From: an uncultured Clostridia bacterium
GTDB lineage: Bacteria > Bacillota > Clostridia > TANB77 > CAG-508
NCBI GenBank assembly: GCA_944388895.1
Contig: CALXKR010000001.1
Coordinates: 1 to 35,937, forward strand
DNA: 35,937 nucleotides
Direction: 5' to 3'
The position numbers were made by a program, and so were the translations under genes. The notes beneath the pieces are model-generated. The model saw nothing but the letters and a program-made list of their open reading frames with translations. It searched no databases and was not told the origin of the DNA. Below, in pieces: positions 26,536 to 35,937 of this stretch (positions are counted from its first letter, which is position 1; each line of letters begins with the position of its first letter).

Positions 26536-29500
26536 TTAATACTTCTTTAATGCTTCTTTTAAGTTTTCTTTTTCAGCTCCAGACTCAACTTTTTCAGTAT
26601 TAATATGTGTATTTTGGTATCTTGACATACCAGTTCCTGCTGGAATTAATTTACCAATAATAACATTTTCTTTTAATCCTATTAAGTCATCTGTTTTTCC
26701 TTTAATTGCTGCTTCAGTTAAAACTTTAGTTGTTTCTTGGAATGATGCAGCTGATAAGAAACTATCTGTTGCAAGAGCTGCTTTTGTAATACCTAGTAGA
26801 ATTCTCTTTCCTGTAGCTGGAGTCTTTCCTTCTGCCTCTAGTTCTTTATTGATAATTTCTAAGTCATTTATATCTACTAAAGAACCTGGAAGTAAGTTAC
26901 TATCTCCATTATCTTCTATTCTTACTTTTTTAAGCATTTGTCTTGCTATAACCTCAATGTGCTTGTCATTAATATCAACACCTTGATTTCTATATACCTT
27001 TTGAATTTCTTGTACTAAATATTCGTGAACACCTTCAGGTCCTTTTATCAATAATATTTCATTAGGATTAATTGAACCTTCAGTAATTGGATCACCAACT
27101 TCTATATTATCTCCTTCTTGAACACATAATTTAGCACCAAATGGTATTGAATAAGTTTTTGCATTATCTTTACTAATTACTGTAACTTCTTTCTTTTTCT
27201 TTTCTTCTGAAATTTTTACAGTACCTTCTATTTCTGAGATTATTGCTAATCCCTTTGGTTTACGAGCTTCGAAAAGCTCCTCAACTCTTGGAAGACCTTG
27301 TGTTATATCTGCAACACCGGCAACACCACCAGAGTGAATAGTTCTCATTGTAAGCTGTGTACCTGGTTCACCTATTGATTGTGCAGCTATTGTTCCAACT
27401 GCTTCACCAATTGTAATAAGTTCACGTGTTGCTAAGCTCATACCATAACATTTAGCACAAATTCCATGTTTTGTTTTACAGTTAAGTGGAGAACGTACAA
27501 CTACTCTTTCAATTCCAGCATCAACTATCTTTTTAGCTACTTTTTCTGTAATTAATTTATCAGTTGTAGCTAAAACTTCTCCTGTTTCAGGATGTTTAAT
27601 ATCATTTAATGGATATCTACCAATTAATCTTTCTTGTAAGCTTTCAATTACTTGATTTCCATCTTTAATTGCATATACTTCTAGTCCTTCATGAGTACCA
27701 CAATCGTCTTCTCTTATAATTAAGTCTTGTGAAACGTCAACTAATCTTCTTGTTAAGTAACCAGAGTCAGCTGTTCTTAAAGCTGTATCAGAAAGTCCTT
27801 TACGTGCACCATGTGCAGAAATGAAGTATTCTAGAGCATCTAGACCTTCACGGAATGAAGATTTAATTGGAATTTCAACTGTTTTACCAGTTGTACTTGC
27901 CATAAGACCACGCATACCAGCAACTTGTCTTAACTGGCTTATGTTACCACGGGCTCCAGATTTTGACATCATAAATATTGGATTTAAATTGTCAAAATTA
28001 TTTTGCATAGCTGTAGCTACTTTGTCTGTAGCCTTTTCCCATATTTTAATAACATTTGCATATCTTTCATTATCTGTTATTAAACCACGAGCATATTGTT
28101 TTGTAACTTTATCTACTTCTTCTTGAGCTTCTGCTAAATCTGCAGCTTTTTCTTCTGGTACTTTAACGTCATCTATAGAAACAGTCATACCAGCAGTTGT
28201 ACAATGTTTGTATCCTGTTGATTTAATGTAATCAAGAAGTGTTGCTGTTCTGTCTAATCCATGTACATCTATACATTTTGCAATTATTTGTTTTAATTGT
28301 TTTTTAGCAGTTGTAAAGTTAATTTCTGGTTCAAATTTGTTTTCTGGTTTAGTTCTATCAACAAAACCTAAATCTTGTGGAATTCCTTTATTGTATATAA
28401 TTCTTCCAACAGTTGTTTCTATCATACCATGATCTATTTCTTTTCCATGTTCATCTACTTCTGCCATTCTTATATGAACTTTTGCATGAACACCTAAATC
28501 ATGGTTTGCATATGCCATTTCTGCTTCTTCTGGAGAAGAGAAATACATTCCTGCTCCTAATGTTCCTTTTCTTACTTGTTCTTCATAAGAATCATCAGGA
28601 TCTGCTTCTACTTCCATTGTTAAATAGTAAGCACCTAAAATCATATCTTGTGATGGTTCTGTTATAGGCTCACCATCTGTAGGTTTTAACAAGTTATTTG
28701 TTGAAAGCATTAAATATCTTGCTTCTGCTTGTGCTTCTGGTGATAATGGTAAGTGAATAGCCATTTGGTCACCATCAAAGTCAGCGTTAAATGCTGTACA
28801 AACTAATGGATGAAGTTTTATAGCTCTACCTTCAACTAATACTGGTTCAAATGCTTGAATACCAAGTCTGTGAAGTGTAGGAGCACGGTTTAGCATTACT
28901 GGGTGATCTTTTATAACATCTTCTAATACTTCCCATACTGCTGGATCTAATCTTTCTACCATTCTTTTTGCATTTTTAATGTTATGTGCTAAGTTTCTAG
29001 CAACTAATTCTTTCATAACAAATGGTTTAAATAATTCAACAGCCATTTCTTTAGGAACACCGCATTGGTAAATTTTAAGTTCTGGTCCAACAACTATAAC
29101 TGAACGTCCTGAATAGTCAACACGTTTTCCTAGTAAGTTTTGACGGAATCTACCTTGTTTTCCTTTTAATAGGTCTGATAAAGATTTTAAAGCTCTTCCA
29201 CCAGCACCTGTTACTGGTCTACCACGTCTTGAGTTGTCAATTAGTGCATCTACTGACTCTTGTAACATTCTTTTTTCGTTTCTTACAATTATTTCTGGTG
29301 CACCTAATTCTAATAATCTCTTTAATCTGTTATTTCTGTTTATAACTCTTCTATATAAATCATTTAAGTCTGATGTAGCAAATCTACCACCATCTAATTG
29401 TACCATTGGTCTTAAATCTGGTGGAATAACTGGTACTACATTCATTATCATCCATTCAGGTCTATTTCCTGATTGTCTAAATGAATCAACTGTATCTAGT

Positions 29501-30129
29501 CTTTTTATTATTTTTGCCTTTTTTTGTTCACTTGCTTTTACTAGTTCTTTTTTTAATTTTTCTGCTAATTTTTCTACATCAATTTCTTCTAGTAATTTTC
29601 TTAAAGCTTCTGCACCCATTTCAGCTGTAAAAGAACCTACTCCATATTTTTCTTCAGCATCATGGTATTCTTTTTCAGTTAAAACTTGACCTTTATCTAG
29701 TCCTGAAGTACCTTTGTCTGTTACTATATATGATGCAAAATATACTACTTTTTCAACTGATCTTGGTGATATATCTAGCATAAGTGCTATTCTATTAGGA
29801 ATTCCTTTAAAATACCAAATGTGTGCAACTGGTGCTGCAAGTTCAATATGTCCCATTCTTTCTCTTCTAACTTTAGATTTAGTTACTTCAACACCACATC
29901 TATCACATACTACTCCTTTGTATCTGATTCTTTTATATTTTCCACAATGGCATTCCCAGTCTTTAGTTGGTCCGAATATTCTTTCACAGAATAGACCATC
30001 TTTTTCTGGTTTTAGTGTTCTATAGTTTATAGTCTCTGGCTTTTTAACTTCACCTTTTGACCATTCTCTTATTTTTTCATCTGATGCTAATCCAATTTTA
30101 ATTTTGCTTAAAGATTCTAATTCGTCCAC
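26536..30129 (-). CDS. rpoC: DNA-directed RNA polymerase subunit beta prime
   Basis: 1197 aa. Zinc-binding CHCGKY...CDRCGVEV and catalytic [12 protein letters not shown] start preceded by GGGGG. Confidence 0.97.
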   Translation of the reverse strand: MDELESLSKIKIGLASDEKIREWSKGEVKKPETINYRTLKPEKDGLFCERIFGPTKDWECHCGKYKRIRYKGVVCDRCGVEVTKSKVRRERMGHIELAAPVAHIWYFKGIPNRIALMLDISPRSVEKVVYFASYIVTDKGTSGLDKGQVLTEKEYHDAEEKYGVGSFTAEMGAEALRKLLEEIDVEKLAEKLKKELVKASEQKKAKIIKRLDTVDSFRQSGNRPEWMIMNVVPVIPPDLRPMVQLDGGRFATSDLNDLYRRVINRNNRLKRLLELGAPEIIVRNEKRMLQESVDALIDNSRRGRPVTGAGGRALKSLSDLLKGKQGRFRQNLLGKRVDYSGRSVIVVGPELKIYQCGVPKEMAVELFKPFVMKELVARNLAHNIKNAKRMVERLDPAVWEVLEDVIKDHPVMLNRAPTLHRLGIQAFEPVLVEGRAIKLHPLVCTAFNADFDGDQMAIHLPLSPEAQAEARYLMLSTNNLLKPTDGEPITEPSQDMILGAYYLTMEVEADPDDSYEEQVRKGTLGAGMYFSSPEEAEMAYANHDLGVHAKVHIRMAEVDEHGKEIDHGMIETTVGRIIYNKGIPQDLGFVDRTKPENKFEPEINFTTAKKQLKQIIAKCIDVHGLDRTATLLDYIKSTGYKHCTTAGMTVSIDDVKVPEEKAADLAEAQEEVDKVTKQYARGLITDNERYANVIKIWEKATDKVATAMQNNFDNLNPIFMMSKSGARGNISQLRQVAGMRGLMASTTGKTVEIPIKSSFREGLDALEYFISAHGARKGLSDTALRTADSGYLTRRLVDVSQDLIIREDDCGTHEGLEVYAIKDGNQVIESLQERLIGRYPLNDIKHPETGEVLATTDKLITEKVAKKIVDAGIERVVVRSPLNCKTKHGICAKCYGMSLATRELITIGEAVGTIAAQSIGEPGTQLTMRTIHSGGVAGVADITQGLPRVEELFEARKPKGLAIISEIEGTVKISEEKKKKEVTVISKDNAKTYSIPFGAKLCVQEGDNIEVGDPITEGSINPNEILLIKGPEGVHEYLVQEIQKVYRNQGVDINDKHIEVIARQMLKKVRIEDNGDSNLLPGSLVDINDLEIINKELEAEGKTPATGKRILLGITKAALATDSFLSAASFQETTKVLTEAAIKGKTDDLIGLKENVIIGKLIPAGTGMSRYQNTHINTEKVESGAEKENLKEALKKY

Positions 30130-30237
30130 TTTTTAGCCCCCTATAATTTATTTTTTGCCTATTCTTTTGCAAAGTATTTACACAGCTGCTCAATCTATTT
30201 TGATATACTTTGCAAAATTCTAAGCTATTCAATTAAA

Positions 30238-33200
30238 TTATTCCTCATAATTTCCATCATCATATGAGTCATCTATGTCTTCATCTAAATATTCTTCTCC
30301 AATTAGACTGTCATCTGACTCGTCAGCTAATTCTTCAAATATGCTGTCTCCTTCTTCTTCTAATTCTTCATCTGTTTCAGAGTATCCATCTGCTAATTCT
30401 TTTTCATCTACTACAAGTTGTTCTTGTGTTTTAGAATTATTTACTACGTTAAAGTCAACTCCTTCATCTATGTCTTCTTTTAATTCTATTTCTTCATTTT
30501 TATCTGAATATAGTCTTAAATCTAGACCTAGAGATTGTAATTCTTTAAGTAATACTTTAAATCCTTCTGGTACACCTGGTTTTGGTATATCTTCACCTTT
30601 TACAATTGCTTCATATGTTTTAACACGTCCAACAATATCGTCTGATTTTGTTGTAATCATTTCTTGAAGTGTATATGCTGCACCATAAGCTTCTAATGCC
30701 CAAACTTCCATTTCACCAAATCTTTGTCCACCAAATTGTGCTTTACCACCTAAAGGTTGTTGTGTAACTAATGAGTATGGTCCAGTTGAACGAGCATGTA
30801 TTTTATCATCAACTAAGTGATGTAGTTTTAACATATACATAACACCAACTGTTACTGGATGATCAAAGGCATCACCTGTTCTACCATCATAAATAGTAGT
30901 TTTTCCATCTCTAGACAATCCTGCTTCTTGTAATAGCTCTTCAATTTCTTTGTCTTTTGCACCATCAAATACTGGTGTTTCAACTTTCCATCCTAAAGCT
31001 CTTGCAGCCATACCTAAGTGAACTTCAAGTACCTGACCTAAGTTCATACGAGAAGGTACACCCATTGGGTTTAGTACAATGTCTACTGGTGTTCCATCTG
31101 GTAAGAATGGCATATCTTCTTCTGGAAGTATTCTTGAAATAACACCTTTGTTACCATGACGTCCTGACATTTTATCACCAACAGATATTTTTCTCTTTGT
31201 AGCAATATAACATCTTATAACTTGGTTTACCCCTGGTGCTAATTCATCTGAATTTTCTCTAGTAAATATTTTAACATCTACTATAGTTCCAGCTTCTCCA
31301 TGTGGTACTCTTAATGATGTATCTCTAACTTCTCTTGATTTTTCACCAAAGATAGCTCTTAAAAGTCTTTCTTCTGCTGTAAGCTCTGTTTCTCCTTTTG
31401 GTGTAACTTTACCTACTAAAATATCTCCTGGTCTTACTTCAGCACCAACTCTTATAATACCATCTTCGTCTAAGTCTTTTAAGCTGTCTTCACCAACGTT
31501 TGGAATATCTCTTGTTATTTCTTCTGGTCCAAGTTTTGTATCACGACATTCGCAATCGTATTCTTCAATGTGAATTGATGTATAAACATCATCTTTAACT
31601 AATCTTTCACTAATTAATACAGCATCTTCGAAGTTGTAACCTTCCCATGTAGAGAAAGCTATAAGTACGTTTCTTCCTAGAGCCATTTCTCCATTTTCAG
31701 TTGATGGTCCATCTGCTATTGTGTCACCTTTTGCAACTTTTTCACCAACGCTAACCATTGGTCTTTGGTTAATACATGTACCACCATTTGTTCTTTTGAA
31801 TTTTAATAATTTATATTTTTTAATTTCATTTTTGTTATTTCTAACTTGAATTTCGTCACCTGTTACTTTTTCAACTATTCCATCCTCTTCAGCAACAACT
31901 GTAATTCCTGAATCTTTTGCTGCTCTATATTCCATACCTGTTCCAACTATTGGAGCTTCTGGTTTTAAAAGTGGAACTGCTTGACGTTGCATGTTTGAAC
32001 CCATTAGAGAACGTTTTACGTCATCATGCTCTAAGAAAGGTATCATTGCTGCTGCAACAGAAACTAATTCTTTTGGTGATATTTCAACATAATCTACTTT
32101 ATCACTTGAAACTTCTTTAATTTCAGTTACTTGTCTTACTTTAATTCTTGAATTAATGAATTTACCTTCACTGTCTACAGGTTCAGATGCTTGGGCTATA
32201 ATATATTTATCTTCTTCGTCAGCAGATAAATAATCTACTTGATCTGTTAATTTACCTGTTTCTTTGTCTACTTTTCTGTATGGTGCTTCAATAAATCCAT
32301 ATTCATTTATTCTAGCAAATGATGAAAGTGCTGAAATTAAACCAATGTTAGGTCCTTCTGGTGATTCTACTGGGCATAGTCTACCATAGTGAGTATAGTG
32401 AATATCTCTAACTTCGAAACCAGCTCTTTCTCTAGTTAAACCTCCAGGTCCTAATGCTGAAATTCTTCTTTTATGAGTTAGCTCAGATAATGGGTTTGTT
32501 TGATCCATGAACTGAGATAATTGTGAACTTCCAAAGAATTCTCTAATTGATGATGATATTGGTTTTGTGTTAATTAATGCTTGTGGAGTTATTGAGTCTA
32601 AATCTTGTATTGTCATTCTTTCACGAACAACTCTTTCAAGTCTTGCTAGACCAATTCTAAATTGGTTTTGTAATAATTCTCCAACACATCTAATACGTCT
32701 ATTTCCTAAATGGTCTATATCATCAATTTTTCCTAAACCATGAGATAAGTTTAATAAATAGCTTATTGATGCTATAATATCTCCATTTGTTATGTTCTTT
32801 GGAACTAATTCTTCCATTCTTTCTTTTATTGTGTCATGTAATTTAGCTTCTTCTGTAGTATCAAGTATTGATTTTAATACTTCATAATTTACTAATTCTT
32901 TAATGTGTAAATCACTTAAATCTACTGTAACAAAGTTATTTATATCTACTGTTCCATTACCTATTACAGTAACTTTTTTGTCTCCTACTTTTACATTTAC
33001 AATGTTAATTCCAGAATTTTGAATTTGTTTTGCAACTTCACTTGAGATAACTTCGTCTTTTTCAACAAAAATTTCTCCTGTTTCGCCATCTGATATAGTA
33101 TCAAATGCAATTTGTCCAGTGATTCTTTCTGCTAAACTTAATTTGTTGTTAAATTTATGTCTTCCTACTTTTGCTAGGTCATATCTTTTTGGATCAAAGA

Positions 33201-33981
33201 ATAATCTGTCAAATAATGTTCTAGCAGCATCTACTGTTGGAAGTTCTCCTGGTCTTAATTTTTTGTAAATTTCAATTATAGCTTCATCAGATTTTTTGAT
33301 TGGATCTTTATCTAGAGTTGCTTTTAATAATTGTTCTTCTCCAAATAGGGCTAATATTTGGTCGTCTTTTTCAATTCCTATTGCTCTTAATAGAGTAGTT
33401 ACTGGAATTTTTCTTGTTCTGTCAACTCTTACATAAAATACATCATTGTTATCTGTTTCATATTCAAGCCAAGCTCCTCTTAAAGGCATTACTGTCGATG
33501 TAAATAATTTTTTACCTGTTTTTGTATCCATTGTATAAGCATAGTAGCAACTTGGTGAACGTACTAACTGGCTTACAACAACTCTTTCAGCTCCATTAAT
33601 TACGAATGTAGCTGTGTCTGTCATAAGAGGAAAATCTCCAAGATAAATTTCTTGTTCTTTAATTTCTCCTGTTTCCCTGTTAAATAGTCTTACTTTAACA
33701 TGTAATTTAGTTGAGTATGTAGCATCTCTTTCTTTTGCTTCTTCTACTGTGTACTTTGGGTTTTCATCCATACGATAGTCTAAAAATTCTAGAACTAAGT
33801 TTTCTGAATAGTCTACTATTGGAGAAACATCTCTTAAAACTTCTCCTAATCCTTCGTTAATGAACCAATTATAAGAATCTTTTTGTACTTGAATTAAGTT
33901 AGGCATTTCTATAAAGTCGCCTATTTTTGAAAAAGATTTTCTTGTAGTTTTTTCATGTTTAATGTCTTTAACTTGTACCAA
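30238..33981 (-). CDS. rpoB: DNA-directed RNA polymerase subunit beta
   Basis: 1247 aa. Conserved blocks include [13 protein letters not shown] and the rifampicin-cluster region [21 protein letters not shown]. Acidic C-terminal tail. TTG start (33981-33979) preceded by GGGGGG. Confidence 0.97.
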   Translation of the reverse strand: MVQVKDIKHEKTTRKSFSKIGDFIEMPNLIQVQKDSYNWFINEGLGEVLRDVSPIVDYSENLVLEFLDYRMDENPKYTVEEAKERDATYSTKLHVKVRLFNRETGEIKEQEIYLGDFPLMTDTATFVINGAERVVVSQLVRSPSCYYAYTMDTKTGKKLFTSTVMPLRGAWLEYETDNNDVFYVRVDRTRKIPVTTLLRAIGIEKDDQILALFGEEQLLKATLDKDPIKKSDEAIIEIYKKLRPGELPTVDAARTLFDRLFFDPKRYDLAKVGRHKFNNKLSLAERITGQIAFDTISDGETGEIFVEKDEVISSEVAKQIQNSGINIVNVKVGDKKVTVIGNGTVDINNFVTVDLSDLHIKELVNYEVLKSILDTTEEAKLHDTIKERMEELVPKNITNGDIIASISYLLNLSHGLGKIDDIDHLGNRRIRCVGELLQNQFRIGLARLERVVRERMTIQDLDSITPQALINTKPISSSIREFFGSSQLSQFMDQTNPLSELTHKRRISALGPGGLTRERAGFEVRDIHYTHYGRLCPVESPEGPNIGLISALSSFARINEYGFIEAPYRKVDKETGKLTDQVDYLSADEEDKYIIAQASEPVDSEGKFINSRIKVRQVTEIKEVSSDKVDYVEISPKELVSVAAAMIPFLEHDDVKRSLMGSNMQRQAVPLLKPEAPIVGTGMEYRAAKDSGITVVAEEDGIVEKVTGDEIQVRNNKNEIKKYKLLKFKRTNGGTCINQRPMVSVGEKVAKGDTIADGPSTENGEMALGRNVLIAFSTWEGYNFEDAVLISERLVKDDVYTSIHIEEYDCECRDTKLGPEEITRDIPNVGEDSLKDLDEDGIIRVGAEVRPGDILVGKVTPKGETELTAEERLLRAIFGEKSREVRDTSLRVPHGEAGTIVDVKIFTRENSDELAPGVNQVIRCYIATKRKISVGDKMSGRHGNKGVISRILPEEDMPFLPDGTPVDIVLNPMGVPSRMNLGQVLEVHLGMAARALGWKVETPVFDGAKDKEIEELLQEAGLSRDGKTTIYDGRTGDAFDHPVTVGVMYMLKLHHLVDDKIHARSTGPYSLVTQQPLGGKAQFGGQRFGEMEVWALEAYGAAYTLQEMITTKSDDIVGRVKTYEAIVKGEDIPKPGVPEGFKVLLKELQSLGLDLRLYSDKNEEIELKEDIDEGVDFNVVNNSKTQEQLVVDEKELADGYSETDEELEEEGDSIFEELADESDDSLIGEEYLDEDIDDSYDDGNYEE

Positions 33982-34161
33982 AGGTAATCCCCCCTAAATA
34001 AATTTAAGCAGACTTTTTATACGACTTGCCCGAAAGTCCTTCTTGCAATATGCCCATTTTATATTTTCTAGCTCCTGCTCTCTAGCCAAAAAGGTTATAA
34101 AATAAAGCATATTCAATTCCTCTTTTTAGGCAATTTACATAAATAAACTGAAGAAGGCAAA

Positions 34162-34200
34162 AGAAAGGTAAACCGACAGTATAGCCGATTTTACCTTTCT
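34162..34200 (-). promoter_or_regulatory. Terminator-like hairpin inside the rpoB leader (possible attenuator)
   Basis: 11-bp perfect stem AGAAAGGTAAA / TTTACCTTTCT (34162-34172 / 34190-34200) with a 17-nt loop. On the minus strand it is followed by TTTGCC. Located about 85 nt downstream of the predicted promoter. Confidence 0.4.
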
Positions 34201-34288
34201 ATATAAAATTCAATTATTTAATAATTAACGAATTTATCATCTATTAGCCCTCTAGATTTTATTTCCGTACATTTAATATACTTTAATT

Positions 34289-34318
34289 ATTATACAACCT
34301 ATTGTAAAGGCTTGTCAA
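34289..34318 (-). promoter_or_regulatory. Sigma-A promoter for rpoBC
   Basis: Minus strand: TTGACA (34318-34313), 18-nt spacer, TATAAT (34294-34289). This implies a leader of about 300 nt. Confidence 0.55.
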
Positions 34319-34341
34319 TAATTTTTGAAATATTTTTAAAG

Positions 34342-34378
34342 AAAATATGCAGATCATTACTTATAACCTGCATATTTT
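34342..34378 (-). terminator. Rho-independent terminator after the FGE-domain gene
   Basis: Stem AAAATATGCAG / CTGCATATTTT (34342-34352 / 34368-34378) with a 15-nt loop and a T-rich tail on the minus strand. Confidence 0.6.
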
Positions 34379-34432
34379 TTAGTTATATATTTTTTTCAAT
34401 GTTCAAGCTAAGAGCTTTCTCACTAGTTTTGG

Positions 34433-35626
34433 TTACTTCCACATATACAGCGGCTTTAGCCCATCAAGCACTACAAATACAAAGCTGAACGGAAACCGTC
34501 CGCGGCTGTCCGAATAGTCGGGATCGTCGGCGCTGTAGCGAGAAGACGCTGGACCGTAAGAACCTGAATCGTTGTAACCGCCCCCTCGAGTCACACGGTA
34601 GTCAGTGGAGTCCGCTTCCATTGTCCATTCCCAAACATTTCCTGCTAAGTCATATATGTTTTTTACTCGGTAATTATCACTTGAACCACATGTTTTTTTA
34701 CTAACAGTATAATTTCCTTTTCCTGTTGAATTTGCTACATATGAACTTGATGTATCACATGTTGAAGTTTTATATGCTGGGTCTATCCAAGCCATTATTT
34801 CATCCCACTGAGTTCCATATATTAATGTACTTGTTACTCCGTAAGTATTTTTATCTGTATACATTCCTTTTGATTTTGCTACTGCTCCATCTGTTCCTAT
34901 TTCTGTCATACTTGTTCCCCATGGTACATCTACCCAAGGATTTGCTCCTTTTTTACTTACTACTTTTCCATTCTCATTTCCAGCTTCAAATCTTGCTACA
35001 TAAAATCCTTTATTTTTTTCTACACTTGCTTTCATAGCGTTATATTCTTCTACTTCACTTGGATATCTAGAACCTTCTGGTGCTGGTTCATAATAACTTG
35101 AAATTGATTGTGTCGAACCATTATAGTAACTAGGATATCTCTTAAATTCACTAAAATTCTCCACTGGCACCCATACAAATTGATTTCCTACTAGTCCATC
35201 TGCTGGTATATTGGCTTGGTCTGGGTGGCTCTCTTTTGAATATTTATTTTCGTCTGCTTTTGCGTCAGATATTACTATTCCATCATTTTTTGTTCCACCT
35301 ACATAGTAGAATCCTTTTGGTATTGTTACGCCCTCTACTTGGGTTTGATTTCCACCACCTTGGCTTCCGCCATTTCCATTCATATATTCATCCAAGAAAT
35401 TTGATACCTTATCTATTTCATCTTGTTCATTTTTACTTGCTTCTTCCCATTTTTGTGTTGCATTCTGGGCTCTTGTAAATATTCCGTTATTTCCTATTGT
35501 TAAATTTATTGCTACTGCTGCTAATATTAGTAAAACTATTATTGTTACTACAAGTGCTATTAATGTTATGCCTTTTGCTTCTTTTTTTATCTTTTTAATG
35601 TCTAATATTTTCCTATTATTTTTCAT
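34433..35626 (-). CDS. Pilin-like N-terminal anchor plus FGE/SUMF1 (C-type-lectin fold) domain surface protein; the 3' end looks frameshifted relative to the family end-motif
   Basis: 397 aa. N-terminus is KGITLIALVVTIIVLLILAAVAINLTIGNNGIFTRA, which is prepilin-like but has Ala instead of Glu at +5. The FGE-domain hallmark DLAGNVWEWT...RVTRGGGY is present. ATG with AAGGAGG SD. Confidence 0.8.
   Translation of the reverse strand: MKNNRKILDIKKIKKEAKGITLIALVVTIIVLLILAAVAINLTIGNNGIFTRAQNATQKWEEASKNEQDEIDKVSNFLDEYMNGNGGSQGGGNQTQVEGVTIPKGFYYVGGTKNDGIVISDAKADENKYSKESHPDQANIPADGLVGNQFVWVPVENFSEFKRYPSYYNGSTQSISSYYEPAPEGSRYPSEVEEYNAMKASVEKNKGFYVARFEAGNENGKVVSKKGANPWVDVPWGTSMTEIGTDGAVAKSKGMYTDKNTYGVTSTLIYGTQWDEIMAWIDPAYKTSTCDTSSSYVANSTGKGNYTVSKKTCGSSDNYRVKNIYDLAGNVWEWTMEADSTDYRVTRGGGYNDSGSYGPASSRYSADDPDYSDSRGRFPFSFVFVVLDGLKPLYMWK
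34448..34618 (-). other. GC-rich, adenine-poor block at the 3' end of the FGE-domain gene; candidate DGR variable region
   Basis: The composition switches abruptly just after the WEWTME codons. The coding strand is rich in NNC codons (GAC, TAC, AGC, GCC, CCC, CGC) in a genome that otherwise prefers A/T-ending codons. No matching template repeat occurs in this window. Confidence 0.5.
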
Positions 35627-35902
35627 TAGTCTTCCTCCTTTTGTTTTTTATACTTTTAACTTATTGTTTATCTATTTTCTTCTTTATATACTCTAAAGTA
35701 TATTTTGTTGTTTATTTTTATATTTTTATTATACCTATTCATATAAATAGTATTTAAACTTTTTTATTTAGACATTAAGTTTTCAAGGTTCTTTTACTAT
35801 TTATATTAAATAGATTTAATCATTTATATTTTATACATAATTTTTATTTTTTGCAATACTTTTTTATATTACATTTTTGTTACATTTTTAATAAAAATAC
35901 TT

Positions 35903-35920
35903 ACGCCCAAAAAAGGGCGT
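35903..35920 (-). terminator. Possible terminator of an off-window upstream gene
   Basis: Stem ACGCCC / GGGCGT with a 6-nt loop. On the minus strand it is followed by AAGTATTTTTATT. Confidence 0.45.
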
Positions 35921-35937
35921 CCCCATTGGGTTTAATC

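Noticed and set aside
30238-30510. The acidic D/E-rich C-terminal tail of RpoB (about 80-90 aa), considered as a separate functional module or gene fusion.
   Set aside because: It is low-complexity sequence continuous with the conserved RpoB C-terminus in the same frame. Nothing in the sequence suggests an independent domain.
467-35478. All plus-strand ORFs in the six-frame track (for example 1364-1792, 18573-19007, 29234-29689, 30275-30667, 34726-35037).
   Set aside because: Each lies antisense inside a well-supported minus-strand gene. Their products are low-complexity F/L/I/S-rich strings with no motifs and no SD or promoter. This is the expected by-product of AT-rich coding DNA.

Overview
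Low-GC (by eye under 30% G+C) chromosomal segment, most likely from a Gram-positive Bacillota (Clostridia-like) genome. Supporting that assignment are gdpP-rplI-dnaB synteny, a PASTA-domain class B PBP, a sortase and a Spo0E-like mini-gene. Every gene I can support lies on the minus strand. From right to left in transcription order the window holds: a pilin-anchored FGE/SUMF1-domain surface protein; rpoB-rpoC; a kinase-fold orphan; a patatin-like lipase; gdpP-rplI-dnaB; a large perfect inverted-repeat element; tilS; ftsH; a PBP-rsmA-sortase group; nrdD-nrdG; rpsU (absent from the ORF track); a GT-C-like membrane protein; an M16 peptidase pair; a Spo0E-like mini-ORF (absent from the track); and a type IV secretion (T4SS) module cut by the left edge. 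The T4SS module has three tandem VirB2-like pilin paralogues, a PrgI/VirB3-like protein, a P-loop-less protein resembling a VirB4 N-domain, a VirB4 ATPase and the start of a VirB6-like protein. Three things merit follow-up. (1) About 170 bp at the 3' end of the FGE-domain gene (34448-34618) is GC-rich, adenine-poor and rich in NNC codons, which looks like the variable region of a diversity-generating retroelement (DGR). No template repeat or reverse transcriptase is in the window, and the conserved GFR end-motif is out of frame. (2) A roughly 190-nt element with 32-bp perfect terminal inverted repeats and a GC-rich core fills the whole dnaB-tilS spacer (20270-20459). I cannot assign it to any RNA or mobile-element family. 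(3) The T4SS module encodes three separately promoted pilin paralogues in an apparently Gram-positive genome. No rRNA, tRNA, CRISPR array, transposase or integrase was seen. All homology statements come from motif recognition by eye, not from database searches.
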